From Promethearchaeota archaeon (GTDB taxonomy: Archaea; Asgardarchaeota; Heimdallarchaeia; Hodarchaeales; Hodarchaeaceae), in NCBI GenBank assembly GCA_048938105.1, contig JBHLMN010000017.1:80714-144713 (forward strand): a stretch of 64,000 nucleotides of DNA, given 5' to 3'. Made by a program: the position numbers and the translations under genes. This document shows positions 1 through 10,056 of this stretch, in pieces. The notes beneath the pieces are model-generated. The model worked only from the letters and a program-made list of their open reading frames with translations. It was not told where the DNA came from and made no database searches. Every line of letters starts with the position of its first letter. Position 1 is the first letter of the stretch.

Positions 1-1224
1 TGAAATAAAACCATGGGGAGTGTATATTTTGGTCACTATATTCATATTAGTCATCCATTGGGCTAAATTAGTCGAATTAGTGGGAACAGTGATCTCTCCG
101 CTGATGATCTTATTTCTAACGGTTACATTCACTTCTTGGATTTTGTCAAAACCAATTTCATCTTTCGTATAAGTTAAAGGAGATAATCCAACCCCATTCT
201 CAGCCATTCTTAATGATTGAACGTCAGCACTCCAATTCGAATTATATACATCCTGAATAGCATTATAAACTGCAATGTCAACTCTTTTCATCATAGAACA
301 AAGAATTCGACCAGGGAAAAGAAAATCTTGGTCTGCATCAACACCAATGGCATAGAAACCTCCTCCCTGTTCATTTGTTGATTCTAAGGCGCCAAATCCG
401 CTAGCTCCAGCAGCAACATAGATTATATCCACTCCCTTCGCCCACATGGCTTCCGCGATATTTTTACCCGTTACAGGATCACCCCACGCGCCAACAAAAT
501 CTTCAATGACCTCGATATAGCTATCATTCTTTTCATAAAACACCCCAGCCTTATAACCAGCCCAAAATTCACGAATTAATGGAATATCCATACCTCCAAT
601 AAATCCCACTTTTCCTGTCTGGGTCATCAGACCAGCCATTGCCCCTGCAAGGAATGAGCCTTCTTGCTCCTCGAATAAAACAGACCTAACATTTCCTTGA
701 ACAACGACTTGGTCAATTAACACAATTGGCTGTGCTGGATAATTTATAGCTGTTATATTCACAGCTGATATTTGATCATATCCAATTGTAACGATTAAAT
801 CATAAATACCAGAGGCTGCATAATTGTCCAACATACCTAAATATTCGCTGCTATCAACAGGTTCTTTATAAACGAAGGTACATAATCCATCTGTTTGTGC
901 TTTTTGAAGCCCAGCATATACCATACTATTGAAACCTAGTTCATTAATACCTTGGGCTGATGCTGCAAAGACACATGCTACATTGATGGGAGCATTAATT
1001 TCAGTCACTTTCTGATTTGACACGGGCCGACCAGCTAATGAAGTAACAGATTCCCAGGGATAAATTACTCCTGTTTGATCAAATTGCTTCGTTGAATACA
1101 GCTTTGCTATTTTAAGTTGAAGCTTTTCTCCATTACTACCCCTAGTATTGATCCCAACGGCAAATACTAACATAAGAAGCATTATTAAGATAAATTGTTT
1201 TTTTATATTAATGTAATTTTTCAC
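1..1224 (-). CDS. BMP/PnrA-family ABC transporter substrate-binding protein, 3' end runs off the window
   Basis: Missing from the ORF track because it has no stop in the window. Manual translation from GTG 1224 (GGTGA RBS upstream) gives a hydrophobic N-terminus, then GINELGFNSMVYAGLQKA, FEEQEGSFLAGAMAGLMTQTGKVGFIGGMDIPLI, AIGVDADQD and ISGEITVP, all typical BMP motifs. Confidence 0.85.
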   Translation of the reverse strand, partial: MKNYINIKKQFILIMLLMLVFAVGINTRGSNGEKLQLKIAKLYSTKQFDQTGVIYPWESVTSLAGRPVSNQKVTEINAPINVACVFAASAQGINELGFNSMVYAGLQKAQTDGLCTFVYKEPVDSSEYLGMLDNYAASGIYDLIVTIGYDQISAVNITAINYPAQPIVLIDQVVVQGNVRSVLFEEQEGSFLAGAMAGLMTQTGKVGFIGGMDIPLIREFWAGYKAGVFYEKNDSYIEVIEDFVGAWGDPVTGKNIAEAMWAKGVDIIYVAAGASGFGALESTNEQGGGFYAIGVDADQDFLFPGRILCSMMKRVDIAVYNAIQDVYNSNWSADVQSLRMAENGVGLSPLTYTKDEIGFDKIQEVNVTVRNKIISGEITVPTNSTNLAQWMTNMNIVTKIYTPHGFIS

Positions 1225-1423
1225 ATTTATCACCTTATATCTTTCATGATATGAATCATTATTTAGGTTATGAAAAAAGCATTTTCCTGCTGTTCTATTT
1301 ATTATTATTAAGAAAATGATCAATTATAGCAACATGAAATAAAGATATTCATATTAATTAATACTAACAAAATGTTATAAAAAACTTTCGAAAAAAATTA
1401 TAATGAAAAATCATGAAATGATA

Positions 1424-1708
1424 TCATTTCTTTCCCATTAATCTCTCAACTTGTTGAATGTATTCTTGAGTGGTCATATCGGTACGATTTTGATCGTGAG
1501 TAAGGGCTTCTTTCGAAACCATACGCATTCTTCGGATTCGAAGTGTATATCCAATACTCATCAGTATTAACATCCCTGAAAGGATAATTACACCTATTAA
1601 AGGATGTAAAAACGGAAGAATATACATTACGAAGAAAAATGTTGAAATTGCAACCACGGTAACGCCAATATAATAGATATTAATCCTTGAAACCATTTTA
1701 CTACTCAA
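1424..1708 (-). CDS. Small hypothetical membrane protein (2 TM)
   Basis: Two hydrophobic segments followed by a basic/charged tail. Confidence 0.6.
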   Translation of the reverse strand: MSSKMVSRINIYYIGVTVVAISTFFFVMYILPFLHPLIGVIILSGMLILMSIGYTLRIRRMRMVSKEALTHDQNRTDMTTQEYIQQVERLMGKK

Positions 1709-2148
1709 GTTATTTTCAATTAGAATATCATTAATGTATCTTCGTTAAGACATTTTTTCTTGAACGCTCTAAAAGAACCATCAGACGCCGCTATCTGAGG
1801 CAAAATAAGACATGAATCTTGGATACGTCAAATATACTAATAATGGTAATTTTTCTATCCTCAAATTGATCCTGATTTCTTGAGTACTAATAAATTATTC
1901 TTATAGTTCAAGGAAAACACAATAACTCCATTTATATAAAAATTAAAGAAATACAAAATCCATCTGCTTTAATGTTTTTGTATTAGATGAAATCACTTCT
2001 TCAATTATCCTTTTTTCACCATTCTTAATGAATGGAAGGGTCTAGTTTGAATAGGTATTTAAAGAGAAAGAATCTTTCCATTCCAAAAACTATGTAAATC
2101 AAGTTTGAACTTATTCATTTTTAAAATCAAGAATCACAGTGATGTCAA

Positions 2149-3219
2149 ATGACCGATGAAAGTCAACCAAGTGGTTTTATCGGACTCTGGATAATTGAAA
2201 AAATCTCTGGAATCCCCATTTGCTCTTTATGTCCTAAGGATACGACACAGGTTGACTCGGTGCTCTTTGGTGGGTTCATGGTCGCGATTAGAGGCATGAT
2301 GAATGATCTTAATATTGGAGAATTAAGTTCTTTTAGTACCAAACGATCAAGTCTGCTTATTGCCAGCTCGGATGACGTATTTTCAGTTCTAGCTCTAGAA
2401 AAAGATATTAACACTGAGTTTTGGTATCCTACTTTACTTAGAGTACAAAAAACCGTTGAAGAACAGTATAAGCAATACAGAAAAGATGAGATTATTATTG
2501 ATACATCCATTTTTGAAAAATTAAAGCCAAGATTGCGTCAATTAATACTTTCTAACGCCAATAATTTCAATGGTTTTCAACAAAAACTAAAATCTTCTGA
2601 ATTTGACCAAATCACATCAATCGATATAGGAGACCAATATAAAGAAGGGGACTTAGAATTTTTGTTTCAGTATTTTTCTGAAGATTTGGGTAAATTAGTT
2701 TATACTTTAGTCTTAGAGGAGCCAGTTCTTATAATAGGCGATATAAAGGAGCTTGTACAAAAAGCTGTAGCCTCCATAGAATTACTTGTTCCTCATCGAT
2801 TACTATCAAAAGATTATGCTGCTGAATATATTGACCCAACTGGAAAAGACCTTATTATTTGTTCCTCGCGGGTAAATTTCTTAGATGACTATAAGGATAT
2901 CACAAAGGTTGATCTAGGTAATCGTAAGATCACCTCAACGATCAGGAAGGCCCCCTCTGCTGATAATCTTATATACTCATTAAAAATCACCCCAATAACC
3001 CAACTAGATACAGTTATTCATAGATATATAGGTAAGCTTATCGCAAAAACTGGTGAACTCATGGAATATTGTCATAAAGAAAAGGTTACCAAAGAAGAAA
3101 TCCTAAAATTCAGGAGCAATCTAAAAGTAGATGAATTAAATATTATTATTTCTAAAGTGCGAAAAACGGTTCCACAATTCGAGGATAAATTGTTTCATTT
3201 TGCTAGATCGTTTGTATAA
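2149..3219 (+). CDS. Longin-like + DENN-core-like protein (eukaryotic signature protein)
   Basis: N-terminal LWIIEKISGIPI...LFGGFMVAI...GELSSF pattern is typical of Asgard longin/roadblock folds. C-terminal LFQYFSEDLGKLVYTLVLEEPVLIIG...VASIELLVP resembles the start of a cDENN domain. Confidence 0.6.
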   Translation: MTDESQPSGFIGLWIIEKISGIPICSLCPKDTTQVDSVLFGGFMVAIRGMMNDLNIGELSSFSTKRSSLLIASSDDVFSVLALEKDINTEFWYPTLLRVQKTVEEQYKQYRKDEIIIDTSIFEKLKPRLRQLILSNANNFNGFQQKLKSSEFDQITSIDIGDQYKEGDLEFLFQYFSEDLGKLVYTLVLEEPVLIIGDIKELVQKAVASIELLVPHRLLSKDYAAEYIDPTGKDLIICSSRVNFLDDYKDITKVDLGNRKITSTIRKAPSADNLIYSLKITPITQLDTVIHRYIGKLIAKTGELMEYCHKEKVTKEEILKFRSNLKVDELNIIISKVRKTVPQFEDKLFHFARSFV

Positions 3220-3280
3220 TAAAAGGCGTCAGCTTAAGATATAAGCAAGATAACAATTCTTAATAGATTCTATTAATGGA

Positions 3281-5071
3281 TCATGTATCCTGTGATTGTT
3301 CCACAATTTCTTGAGCAACCGTGATATATTCTTTTAATTCTTTCATTCTCCTGATTTCATTCATTTCAATAAATAATTCAGGATTTAGAATCAGAATCTT
3401 TGCTACTTCAACAAGTCTGTCTCTTGACTTAGCTTTATAGAAATGCTTAATGGCGTTTGTATAATCACTATTCTTTAGAGCTTCTTCACCTCTCAGTAAA
3501 GCTTGATGACGGATAACACGACGATTGTACAAATATGCTGCAGCAATTAAACCAAATACTAAAGAGGAACCCAGTAAAAGCTCCACAACAGGGAATGGAG
3601 CGGGAGCAGAACTTGTAATGAGTTTAAAAACCTCACTTGAAGCAGTGTTATTATTTTTATCATTAATCAAGACTTGTGCTGAATAATTTGATTCTGCTTG
3701 TAGATTTTCAAGAATAAAGATGTGGATCGAGAGATATTTTTGATTAATCTTGCTATTTTCACCAAGAGATTCTAATCCATATTTGATATTAGCTCTGACT
3801 GGTTCATTAGCGACTATTGAAATATTATAACTATTATAGGACAGCTTGATAGGATAAAGCTCAGAAATAATAGGTGGAGTAAGATCTGATCCAAGGATTG
3901 ATATAATCTTTCCATTAAGAGTCCCTATGATTAAATCAACTATTGTGTCATTATTCAGGTTAGTAGCTAGTACAAAAGATAGTTGCTCTTGAGCTACTTG
4001 TTTATAGTGGACTGTATTTCCAGTGGTTTGATTAAGGACAAAAACATGACCAGAAGCTGTACAAACAACAAGATCATTTTTCAGATCTCCTGTGAACTCA
4101 ATCGAGAGCATATTAGTGATATAACCTGGGATATCAGTGTTATTCCATAAGATTGCTTTATCTGAAACTCGAACAGCAACCAGTTCTCCATTATTTTTCG
4201 ATAAGAATACCGTATCATTATCTCGATCAATTATTTGTATTGATTTATAGGTAAGAAGACCATAATATCCCGAATAATCGATTGAACTTGTCTGTAAATC
4301 CAAGAAGATTACTCCATTTTCATAGCTATATGCAATCACTAGATTTAAGTATAGATCTATTGCCAAAACTTGATTATCACCAATACTTTCGTTCCATAAA
4401 TCGTCTGTTCCATTAAATACGTATATCTCTCCTGATCGAGTCCCTACTAACGAATAACTTTCTTTAGTCACGATTATTGTAATTTCAGACGAAGTTGTAT
4501 GGTTTGCATCCTCAACCCCTTCTGGAGTTAACCACGAAATTACCTTGTTATCTCCACCCGTAACAATGTAGAAGGGGATATCTGGATTGTATGGAGCTTC
4601 TACTAGTACTAAACTTGATATGGCTAATGACCCAAGAGATTTTGTCCATAAAACTTGGCCAATCATGGAAATTTCAAATATGGTACCATTAGAAAGTGAA
4701 ACGTAGACACCAGATACTTCCTGTTTCCGTAAGGAATTGGGTATTAATTTCCATATGAAAACCTCTTCATTCTTCTCCAATCCAAAAGATTTATTCCAAA
4801 TAATTTCATTCTTATTATAATTAAATGCTATTATTCGTGAATGAAACCCTAAAATGAATATAAAGTCACCCTTGGAGATATTACTACCTATTTGTACAAT
4901 CCCAGACACAGGTTCATCCTCTTGGATATGTACGTTTACATTTTGGTCCTCAGTGAGAAATTTTGATATAAGAAATGAATTTGAAAGCTCGACAGGATGT
5001 AATGGAGAAATTAAAGACAATCCAAGCGTGAAGATAATACAATTAATTACAAGTGAATTTCTAATATTCAC
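3281..5071 (-). CDS. Single-pass surface protein: PQQ/FG-GAP-like beta-propeller, FN3-like domain, TM, cytoplasmic TPR-like tail
   Basis: Signal peptide; repeated W-ending blades (IIWNK, VLWTK, DLWNE, ILWNN); Ca-loop motifs EFTGDLKNDLVV and NLNNDTIVDLII; LENLQAESNY (FN3-like); TM VELLLGSSLVFGLIAAAYLY; helical tail. Confidence 0.7.
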   Translation of the reverse strand: MNIRNSLVINCIIFTLGLSLISPLHPVELSNSFLISKFLTEDQNVNVHIQEDEPVSGIVQIGSNISKGDFIFILGFHSRIIAFNYNKNEIIWNKSFGLEKNEEVFIWKLIPNSLRKQEVSGVYVSLSNGTIFEISMIGQVLWTKSLGSLAISSLVLVEAPYNPDIPFYIVTGGDNKVISWLTPEGVEDANHTTSSEITIIVTKESYSLVGTRSGEIYVFNGTDDLWNESIGDNQVLAIDLYLNLVIAYSYENGVIFLDLQTSSIDYSGYYGLLTYKSIQIIDRDNDTVFLSKNNGELVAVRVSDKAILWNNTDIPGYITNMLSIEFTGDLKNDLVVCTASGHVFVLNQTTGNTVHYKQVAQEQLSFVLATNLNNDTIVDLIIGTLNGKIISILGSDLTPPIISELYPIKLSYNSYNISIVANEPVRANIKYGLESLGENSKINQKYLSIHIFILENLQAESNYSAQVLINDKNNNTASSEVFKLITSSAPAPFPVVELLLGSSLVFGLIAAAYLYNRRVIRHQALLRGEEALKNSDYTNAIKHFYKAKSRDRLVEVAKILILNPELFIEMNEIRRMKELKEYITVAQEIVEQSQDT

Positions 5072-7077
5072 TTCTGATTCCCTTTATTTGATTTTTTTAG
5101 AGTATATATCCGTTTTAGGAACAATAATCCAAGAATAGGGTAGAAAATCTCGAATCCAGTATGGCTACTAGTTGGGGGAGGTTCACTAGTCATTGAAGTT
5201 GAGGTAGTACTCGAGCTTGGAGCAGTCATTGCAGCAATGGTATAATATGTAAAATTGTTGATGATTCCACAACCATACCACTTGGGAAAATCTGTGAAAG
5301 TAAAATAGAGTATAGTACCGATGTACAATGAGGCGGATTCTGGCATAGTGTTCAATTCAGAAGATATTTTATTAATAACGAATTTTGTAATATCATAAAC
5401 CAGGTCAAATTCCACCTTAAAATATTCTTTAGCCACATTACTGATGGGCCAATCAAATGGAGTGAAAACAGTGATTAATGAAGGATTGACTCCTTTTTGG
5501 TTATGAAATTCACAAGTAAAATAAGTATAGCCACCCATATATAGATTTATTTCATCTGGTTGAGTATTGTATTCTGGATTCACGACATCAATCCCAAAGG
5601 TTGTTGTTGTGGTTGTTACTGTCAAACCAAAGCCATTATCCATTTGTATTCGTTCTCTAGCATCATCCTCCATATAAAATGTGGATTCAGGTAGATAAAT
5701 TGTGACATTATTTTGAATGGTTCCACCCCCTGGAGATGGTGTCCCTACGAGATCATTTGGAACTTCAAGAGTGTAACTGGGAACAGCAGCAAATGGTGTA
5801 TGGTTCCAGGCCCCGCTAGGAATAGAATCCTCGGTTATTAGAAGGAAGCTAGTTTCACCAATATCATAATGAGCTGTCAATCTTCCTTTGATGTAACTGA
5901 ATTTACCTGAAATTTCTATTGTCTCAAACACATAATTAAACGAGACGAAATCGAGAACAGTAGCAGCGTAGATATCCTGGCCAAAAATTACACCCCTCGT
6001 ATCATCCTTAATATGTTGATCGTTTCCAAAGACATCTACACCTTTGACGGGAAGATTAACTTCTTGCCACAAGACGAACATATTTGTATAATTGATACCG
6101 AAATTGAAGCCATTAGTTGTTTCCTCAAAACTGGGTTTATAATTGAAGGGAGTAATCTGATAAGTTTGGTTATTTAATCTCAATAATTCATTCACAGCAT
6201 CAATCAATTCTTGCGTAGTAATGGTATAACCTAAATACAGGGAATCATTCTCATCCATTTCTCGATCTGTTAAATTTGAAGAATAAGCCATTAAAGACAT
6301 AAAATTATTGGTGACAAAGACATCTTCATCCCAAGGTGTGATATAATGCTGAATTAACTGTTGAAAAGGAGTACTGGCATTAATGCGGAAAATACTTGTG
6401 TTCAGAGCCTCATGAAAAGCAGGGGTGGCATAAAAAACGTTGTAATCATTTTCATCTAATAAACTACCAAAAGTAAGATTGTTTTCTACCTTCTCTAATG
6501 CGGTATAAAAGGTGTCAATTCCAGAGTCATTTATGAAAACAGTATAGAATTGGTCATCCTTAAGCTTATTCGAATCATTGGTCAATGCATTCTCATACAA
6601 CAGATCACGAATTAAATTAGGTTCTGTATTTTCAGGTACAGCTAGATCTACCTCGACCGCGAAGCAATGCTCACTAAAACAATGTCCAACGAAATCAGTG
6701 TCTTGGGTAGGGGAAGGAGAACGAATAACCACAGTAATATCTTGAGACACTACATTATTAGAATAATCAGTTATTTCTAAAGTAAAAATAATCACCTCTC
6801 CTGGTGGTTCAGGACTACGAGTAAAGTTCAAAACACTGGATCTTATTCTACCAGATTCCACTTCTTCCCCATCTCGTTTAAGAACGTAATAATTAGGATT
6901 ATCGTCAATAAGAATATATGTTAATGTAAATGGTTTGTTGGCATCTACCTCGATCACTGATTTAGGAACATATATAATTGGAACTAAAGAATCAGGGCGC
7001 GATTCACTTCTTAATCCATTTAAGCTAAGTAGTAAAAATAGAAAACAGAAAAACAGAATCTTCTTTAATAACTTCAT
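5068..7077 (-). CDS. Secreted/cell-surface glycoprotein with Ig-like domain, Ser/Thr linker and C-terminal sorting anchor
   Basis: Signal peptide; many N-x-S/T sequons; SSSTTSTSMTSEPPPTSS linker; TGFE + hydrophobic + KR/KK terminus (PGF-CTERM-like). Its stop overlaps the start of the next gene (GTGA). Confidence 0.7.
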   Translation of the reverse strand: MKLLKKILFFCFLFLLLSLNGLRSESRPDSLVPIIYVPKSVIEVDANKPFTLTYILIDDNPNYYVLKRDGEEVESGRIRSSVLNFTRSPEPPGEVIIFTLEITDYSNNVVSQDITVVIRSPSPTQDTDFVGHCFSEHCFAVEVDLAVPENTEPNLIRDLLYENALTNDSNKLKDDQFYTVFINDSGIDTFYTALEKVENNLTFGSLLDENDYNVFYATPAFHEALNTSIFRINASTPFQQLIQHYITPWDEDVFVTNNFMSLMAYSSNLTDREMDENDSLYLGYTITTQELIDAVNELLRLNNQTYQITPFNYKPSFEETTNGFNFGINYTNMFVLWQEVNLPVKGVDVFGNDQHIKDDTRGVIFGQDIYAATVLDFVSFNYVFETIEISGKFSYIKGRLTAHYDIGETSFLLITEDSIPSGAWNHTPFAAVPSYTLEVPNDLVGTPSPGGGTIQNNVTIYLPESTFYMEDDARERIQMDNGFGLTVTTTTTTFGIDVVNPEYNTQPDEINLYMGGYTYFTCEFHNQKGVNPSLITVFTPFDWPISNVAKEYFKVEFDLVYDITKFVINKISSELNTMPESASLYIGTILYFTFTDFPKWYGCGIINNFTYYTIAAMTAPSSSTTSTSMTSEPPPTSSHTGFEIFYPILGLLFLKRIYTLKKSNKGNQK

Positions 7078-7349
7078 GGGTTCTAGCTCATTAGCTATTT
7101 CTAGCAGTACTTGACATTAATCGTTATTTATTAAGTATTCTATTTTTCTTGCTTAGTTAAGGAGATAGCTCAATTCCACTAAACTTCTTTTTTTCTTGAT
7201 TCAGATATTGAAAATACCTTAAAATTAGTAGATTTTACACATTTTTTAACAAGAAGATAGTTCTATCAGCTATCTGATTCTCAGGTCATTAAAAAGAATT
7301 CACCTCTAATAAAAGTAAATAGCTCTATTTTCTAAGAGATGAATTTCTA

Positions 7350-7748
7350 ATGTACCTCGAAACCAATCAGAATGGAGAAACGATGGATCGCTTGCATGAA
7401 ATCGCGAGAATACTTCATGAACTCCAATCACGGATTCCTGACTTAGAAGGAGTCGCAGTTGTCTCTCGAGAGGGATTATCAATAGCTAGTGCGTTATTTA
7501 CTACTGTTGATGAAGATCGAATAGGTGCTATGACAGCTGCCAGTCTTTCTTTATCAGATCGAATTGTCCTAGAATTAGAACGAGGCATTATGGATCAGGT
7601 AATTATTACAGGGACAGATGGTTTAGTGATTATTCGCGAGGCTGGTGAACATGCAGTATTAGTAGGTATAGCTAAGACAAATGCCAAATTAGGTCTGGTT
7701 CTCCTTGATATTAAACGAGCTGCTAAAAGGCTCGCTGGTCTGATTTAA
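7350..7748 (+). CDS. Roadblock/LC7 (MglB-like) protein; likely start ATG 7383
   Basis: AVVSREGLSIAS, DRIGAMTAASLSLSDRIVLELERG and AKLGLVLLDIKRAA are canonical roadblock motifs. Confidence 0.92.
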   Translation: MYLETNQNGETMDRLHEIARILHELQSRIPDLEGVAVVSREGLSIASALFTTVDEDRIGAMTAASLSLSDRIVLELERGIMDQVIITGTDGLVIIREAGEHAVLVGIAKTNAKLGLVLLDIKRAAKRLAGLI

Positions 7749-7761
7749 CCAGGTGTTCTGA

Positions 7762-8388
7762 ATGAGTTTTTTCAATTCAATTCGTTCTAATCCTAATAAA
7801 CCATTAAAATTAGTAGTTCTAGGCGAGGGAGGAGTGGGTAAGACGACAATTGCAAAGACTTTTGTCAATAACAGGTTTTACTCTGAAGCAACACAGACCA
7901 TTGCTGTAGAATTCCATTCAAAGATTTTTTCAATAGGGATAGGTACTAACACAAAAATCCAAATCTGGGATCTAGGTGGACAAGAGCAATTTAAAAACAT
8001 GAGAACTGTTTTCAGAAAATTCTGTGAAGGTGCGGATGGAGCTCTTCTGTGTTTTGATTTAACTGATATTGGATCTTTGTTTGCAATTCCAGAATGGTTA
8101 GAATTCTTAGAAAACGATGCACAACGGTTCTTAATCGGGACAAAATATGATATTGCAATCTTTGAAGAACGAAACATCAATCTTGAAACCTTTCAACAGA
8201 AATTTAATTGTGAATATTCCTTTAAATGTACAGCAAAAGATGTTAACTCAATAGAAAACATATTTAAACAGATTATAATCTCAATTAGAAATTACAAGGA
8301 AAAGCAGCTTGAGGGGTTATCAGAGAAAGTCATAGAGCGTCCTAAATGGATGGATTATATCCCAACATACCATAAAGAATTCGGATAA
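7762..8388 (+). CDS. Rab-like small GTPase
   Basis: G1 GEGGVGKT, G2 TIAVEF, G3 WDLGGQ, G4 TKYD, G5 CTAK; no C-terminal Cys prenylation motif. Confidence 0.9.
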   Translation: MSFFNSIRSNPNKPLKLVVLGEGGVGKTTIAKTFVNNRFYSEATQTIAVEFHSKIFSIGIGTNTKIQIWDLGGQEQFKNMRTVFRKFCEGADGALLCFDLTDIGSLFAIPEWLEFLENDAQRFLIGTKYDIAIFEERNINLETFQQKFNCEYSFKCTAKDVNSIENIFKQIIISIRNYKEKQLEGLSEKVIERPKWMDYIPTYHKEFG

Positions 8389-8490
8389 GAGGTAACCCTC
8401 AATTATGATATTGTATTTAGGAAGACTTGTTAGAAGGAAAGTGAAAAGCAATACCTTTTAATAAATCAATTTTCTTTTCCTTTCAAACAC

Positions 8491-9738
8491 ATGAAGGCCG
8501 ATATTTTTAATTTAACGAGAATAACGTATGTTATAGTCCTTGGTGCTAGCATCACTAACCTCGCTGCAGGATTACTTGAACCTACGGTCGCACCATATTT
8601 GGAAATCCTCGGTGCAAGCTCTCAAGAAATTGGTACGATTTTAAGTGCGCGTTATTTAGTTGTTGCGATTGCATCTCTGCCACTCGCCCTTTTTGCGTCG
8701 CAAATAGGGCTTAAACGATTTTTGTATCTTTCAGCAATTGGTATGGTTATTGGGGGAATAATTCTATTTTCGATTGAAGGAAAAACCGCTATATTTTGGT
8801 TCTATTTGTCTATTGGCTTCGCAAGTGCCATTTTTAGCGGACCAGGGGCGGCTTTGATCGCTGAAAATACTGGTACAAAACGAATAGCAGCATTTAGCCT
8901 GTTTTTTGCGACTTGGATGATCCCAACTGCTCTTGGGGCATTAATATCGACCATTTGGTTTTGGGATATCCTTGAATATACTCCTGAAAATTTGACGAGT
9001 ATTTTTCCTCTAGCGGTTTTTGTGATAATAGGAGGAAGTGTGGTTTTTATTGGTTTAATGCTTTTCGTCAATCACAAAGGAAGTACAGAAGAACTATCGA
9101 CTGTTTCTGTTATCGATCAAGTTCCTATTAAGAATCAATTTCAAATATTATTCAGTCCTGTTATTGCTTTACCTTTAACTTTATTAATTTTCTCGGAATT
9201 CTTATCAGGTGCAGGAGCAGGGTCTAGTCTTCCATATTTAACCCCCTATTTAAAAAGTATTGGCGCAACTCCAGGAGAGCTGTCCATATTAGTTTTTGTA
9301 ATGAATGTTTTTATGGGTATAGCTACTCAATTATCTCCCATTTTAGCTAAGCGTTTTGGAGATTTGCGTGTCTTTTCCGTAACAATGATTTTATCAGTTT
9401 CTTGTTTATTAGGAATTGTTTTTTCAACTGATTTACTTATATCAGCTTTATTTTTCATCTTCCGGGGTACTTTCGCAAATATGAACGCGCCAATAACCTC
9501 ATCTCGGATGTTAACCTTCATTGAAACACGAGTACGAGCAACTGGTGTTGCAACTACTTCTACAGTCCGATGGATTGGCTGGAGTCTATTTTCACCAATT
9601 TCAGGTGGAATAATTGACCTTTACGGATACAACATCGCGTTTACTTTCACCTCTATCATTTATATCATTGTTTTAGTGATTTTTGTCCGTGTGATCCAAC
9701 GATATAAGAGTTTAGAAGAAATGAAAAACAGTGAGTAA
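8491..9738 (+). CDS. MFS transporter
   Basis: About 12 hydrophobic segments; motif-A-like loops (ASQIGLKR, AKRFGDLR). Confidence 0.85.
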   Translation: MKADIFNLTRITYVIVLGASITNLAAGLLEPTVAPYLEILGASSQEIGTILSARYLVVAIASLPLALFASQIGLKRFLYLSAIGMVIGGIILFSIEGKTAIFWFYLSIGFASAIFSGPGAALIAENTGTKRIAAFSLFFATWMIPTALGALISTIWFWDILEYTPENLTSIFPLAVFVIIGGSVVFIGLMLFVNHKGSTEELSTVSVIDQVPIKNQFQILFSPVIALPLTLLIFSEFLSGAGAGSSLPYLTPYLKSIGATPGELSILVFVMNVFMGIATQLSPILAKRFGDLRVFSVTMILSVSCLLGIVFSTDLLISALFFIFRGTFANMNAPITSSRMLTFIETRVRATGVATTSTVRWIGWSLFSPISGGIIDLYGYNIAFTFTSIIYIIVLVIFVRVIQRYKSLEEMKNSE

Positions 9739-10056
9739 TGAAATATTTTAATATCGTGAAGATTTTTCTCTTCTTATCAGTTTAAAGATTTTTAAACAAT
9801 AATGAAATTGATTTCATGAGTGTTATTGAAAAAATATGTTTTGACTGATCTAATGTGTAAATAATCCTAGGTGGTTCTTCTCCACTTAATGTTCTTAATG
9901 CCTGTTCCAATTCGAGTGAAATTAAGCTGTCATCTGTAGGTACCCAAAAATAATACTTTTGATCGACTCTGAAATTCTTTGAGTTTTACTTTATCCATTC
10001 ATATTTTCTGGTAAGAAATCGAAAAAATCATATGTCTATCTCATCCACAGGAATAA

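Noticed and set aside
9782-9990. Minus-strand open stretch (RVDQKYYFWVPTDDSL...) between the MFS gene and mtmB
   Set aside because: No in-frame start before an upstream stop and no recognisable family; at most a decayed fragment.
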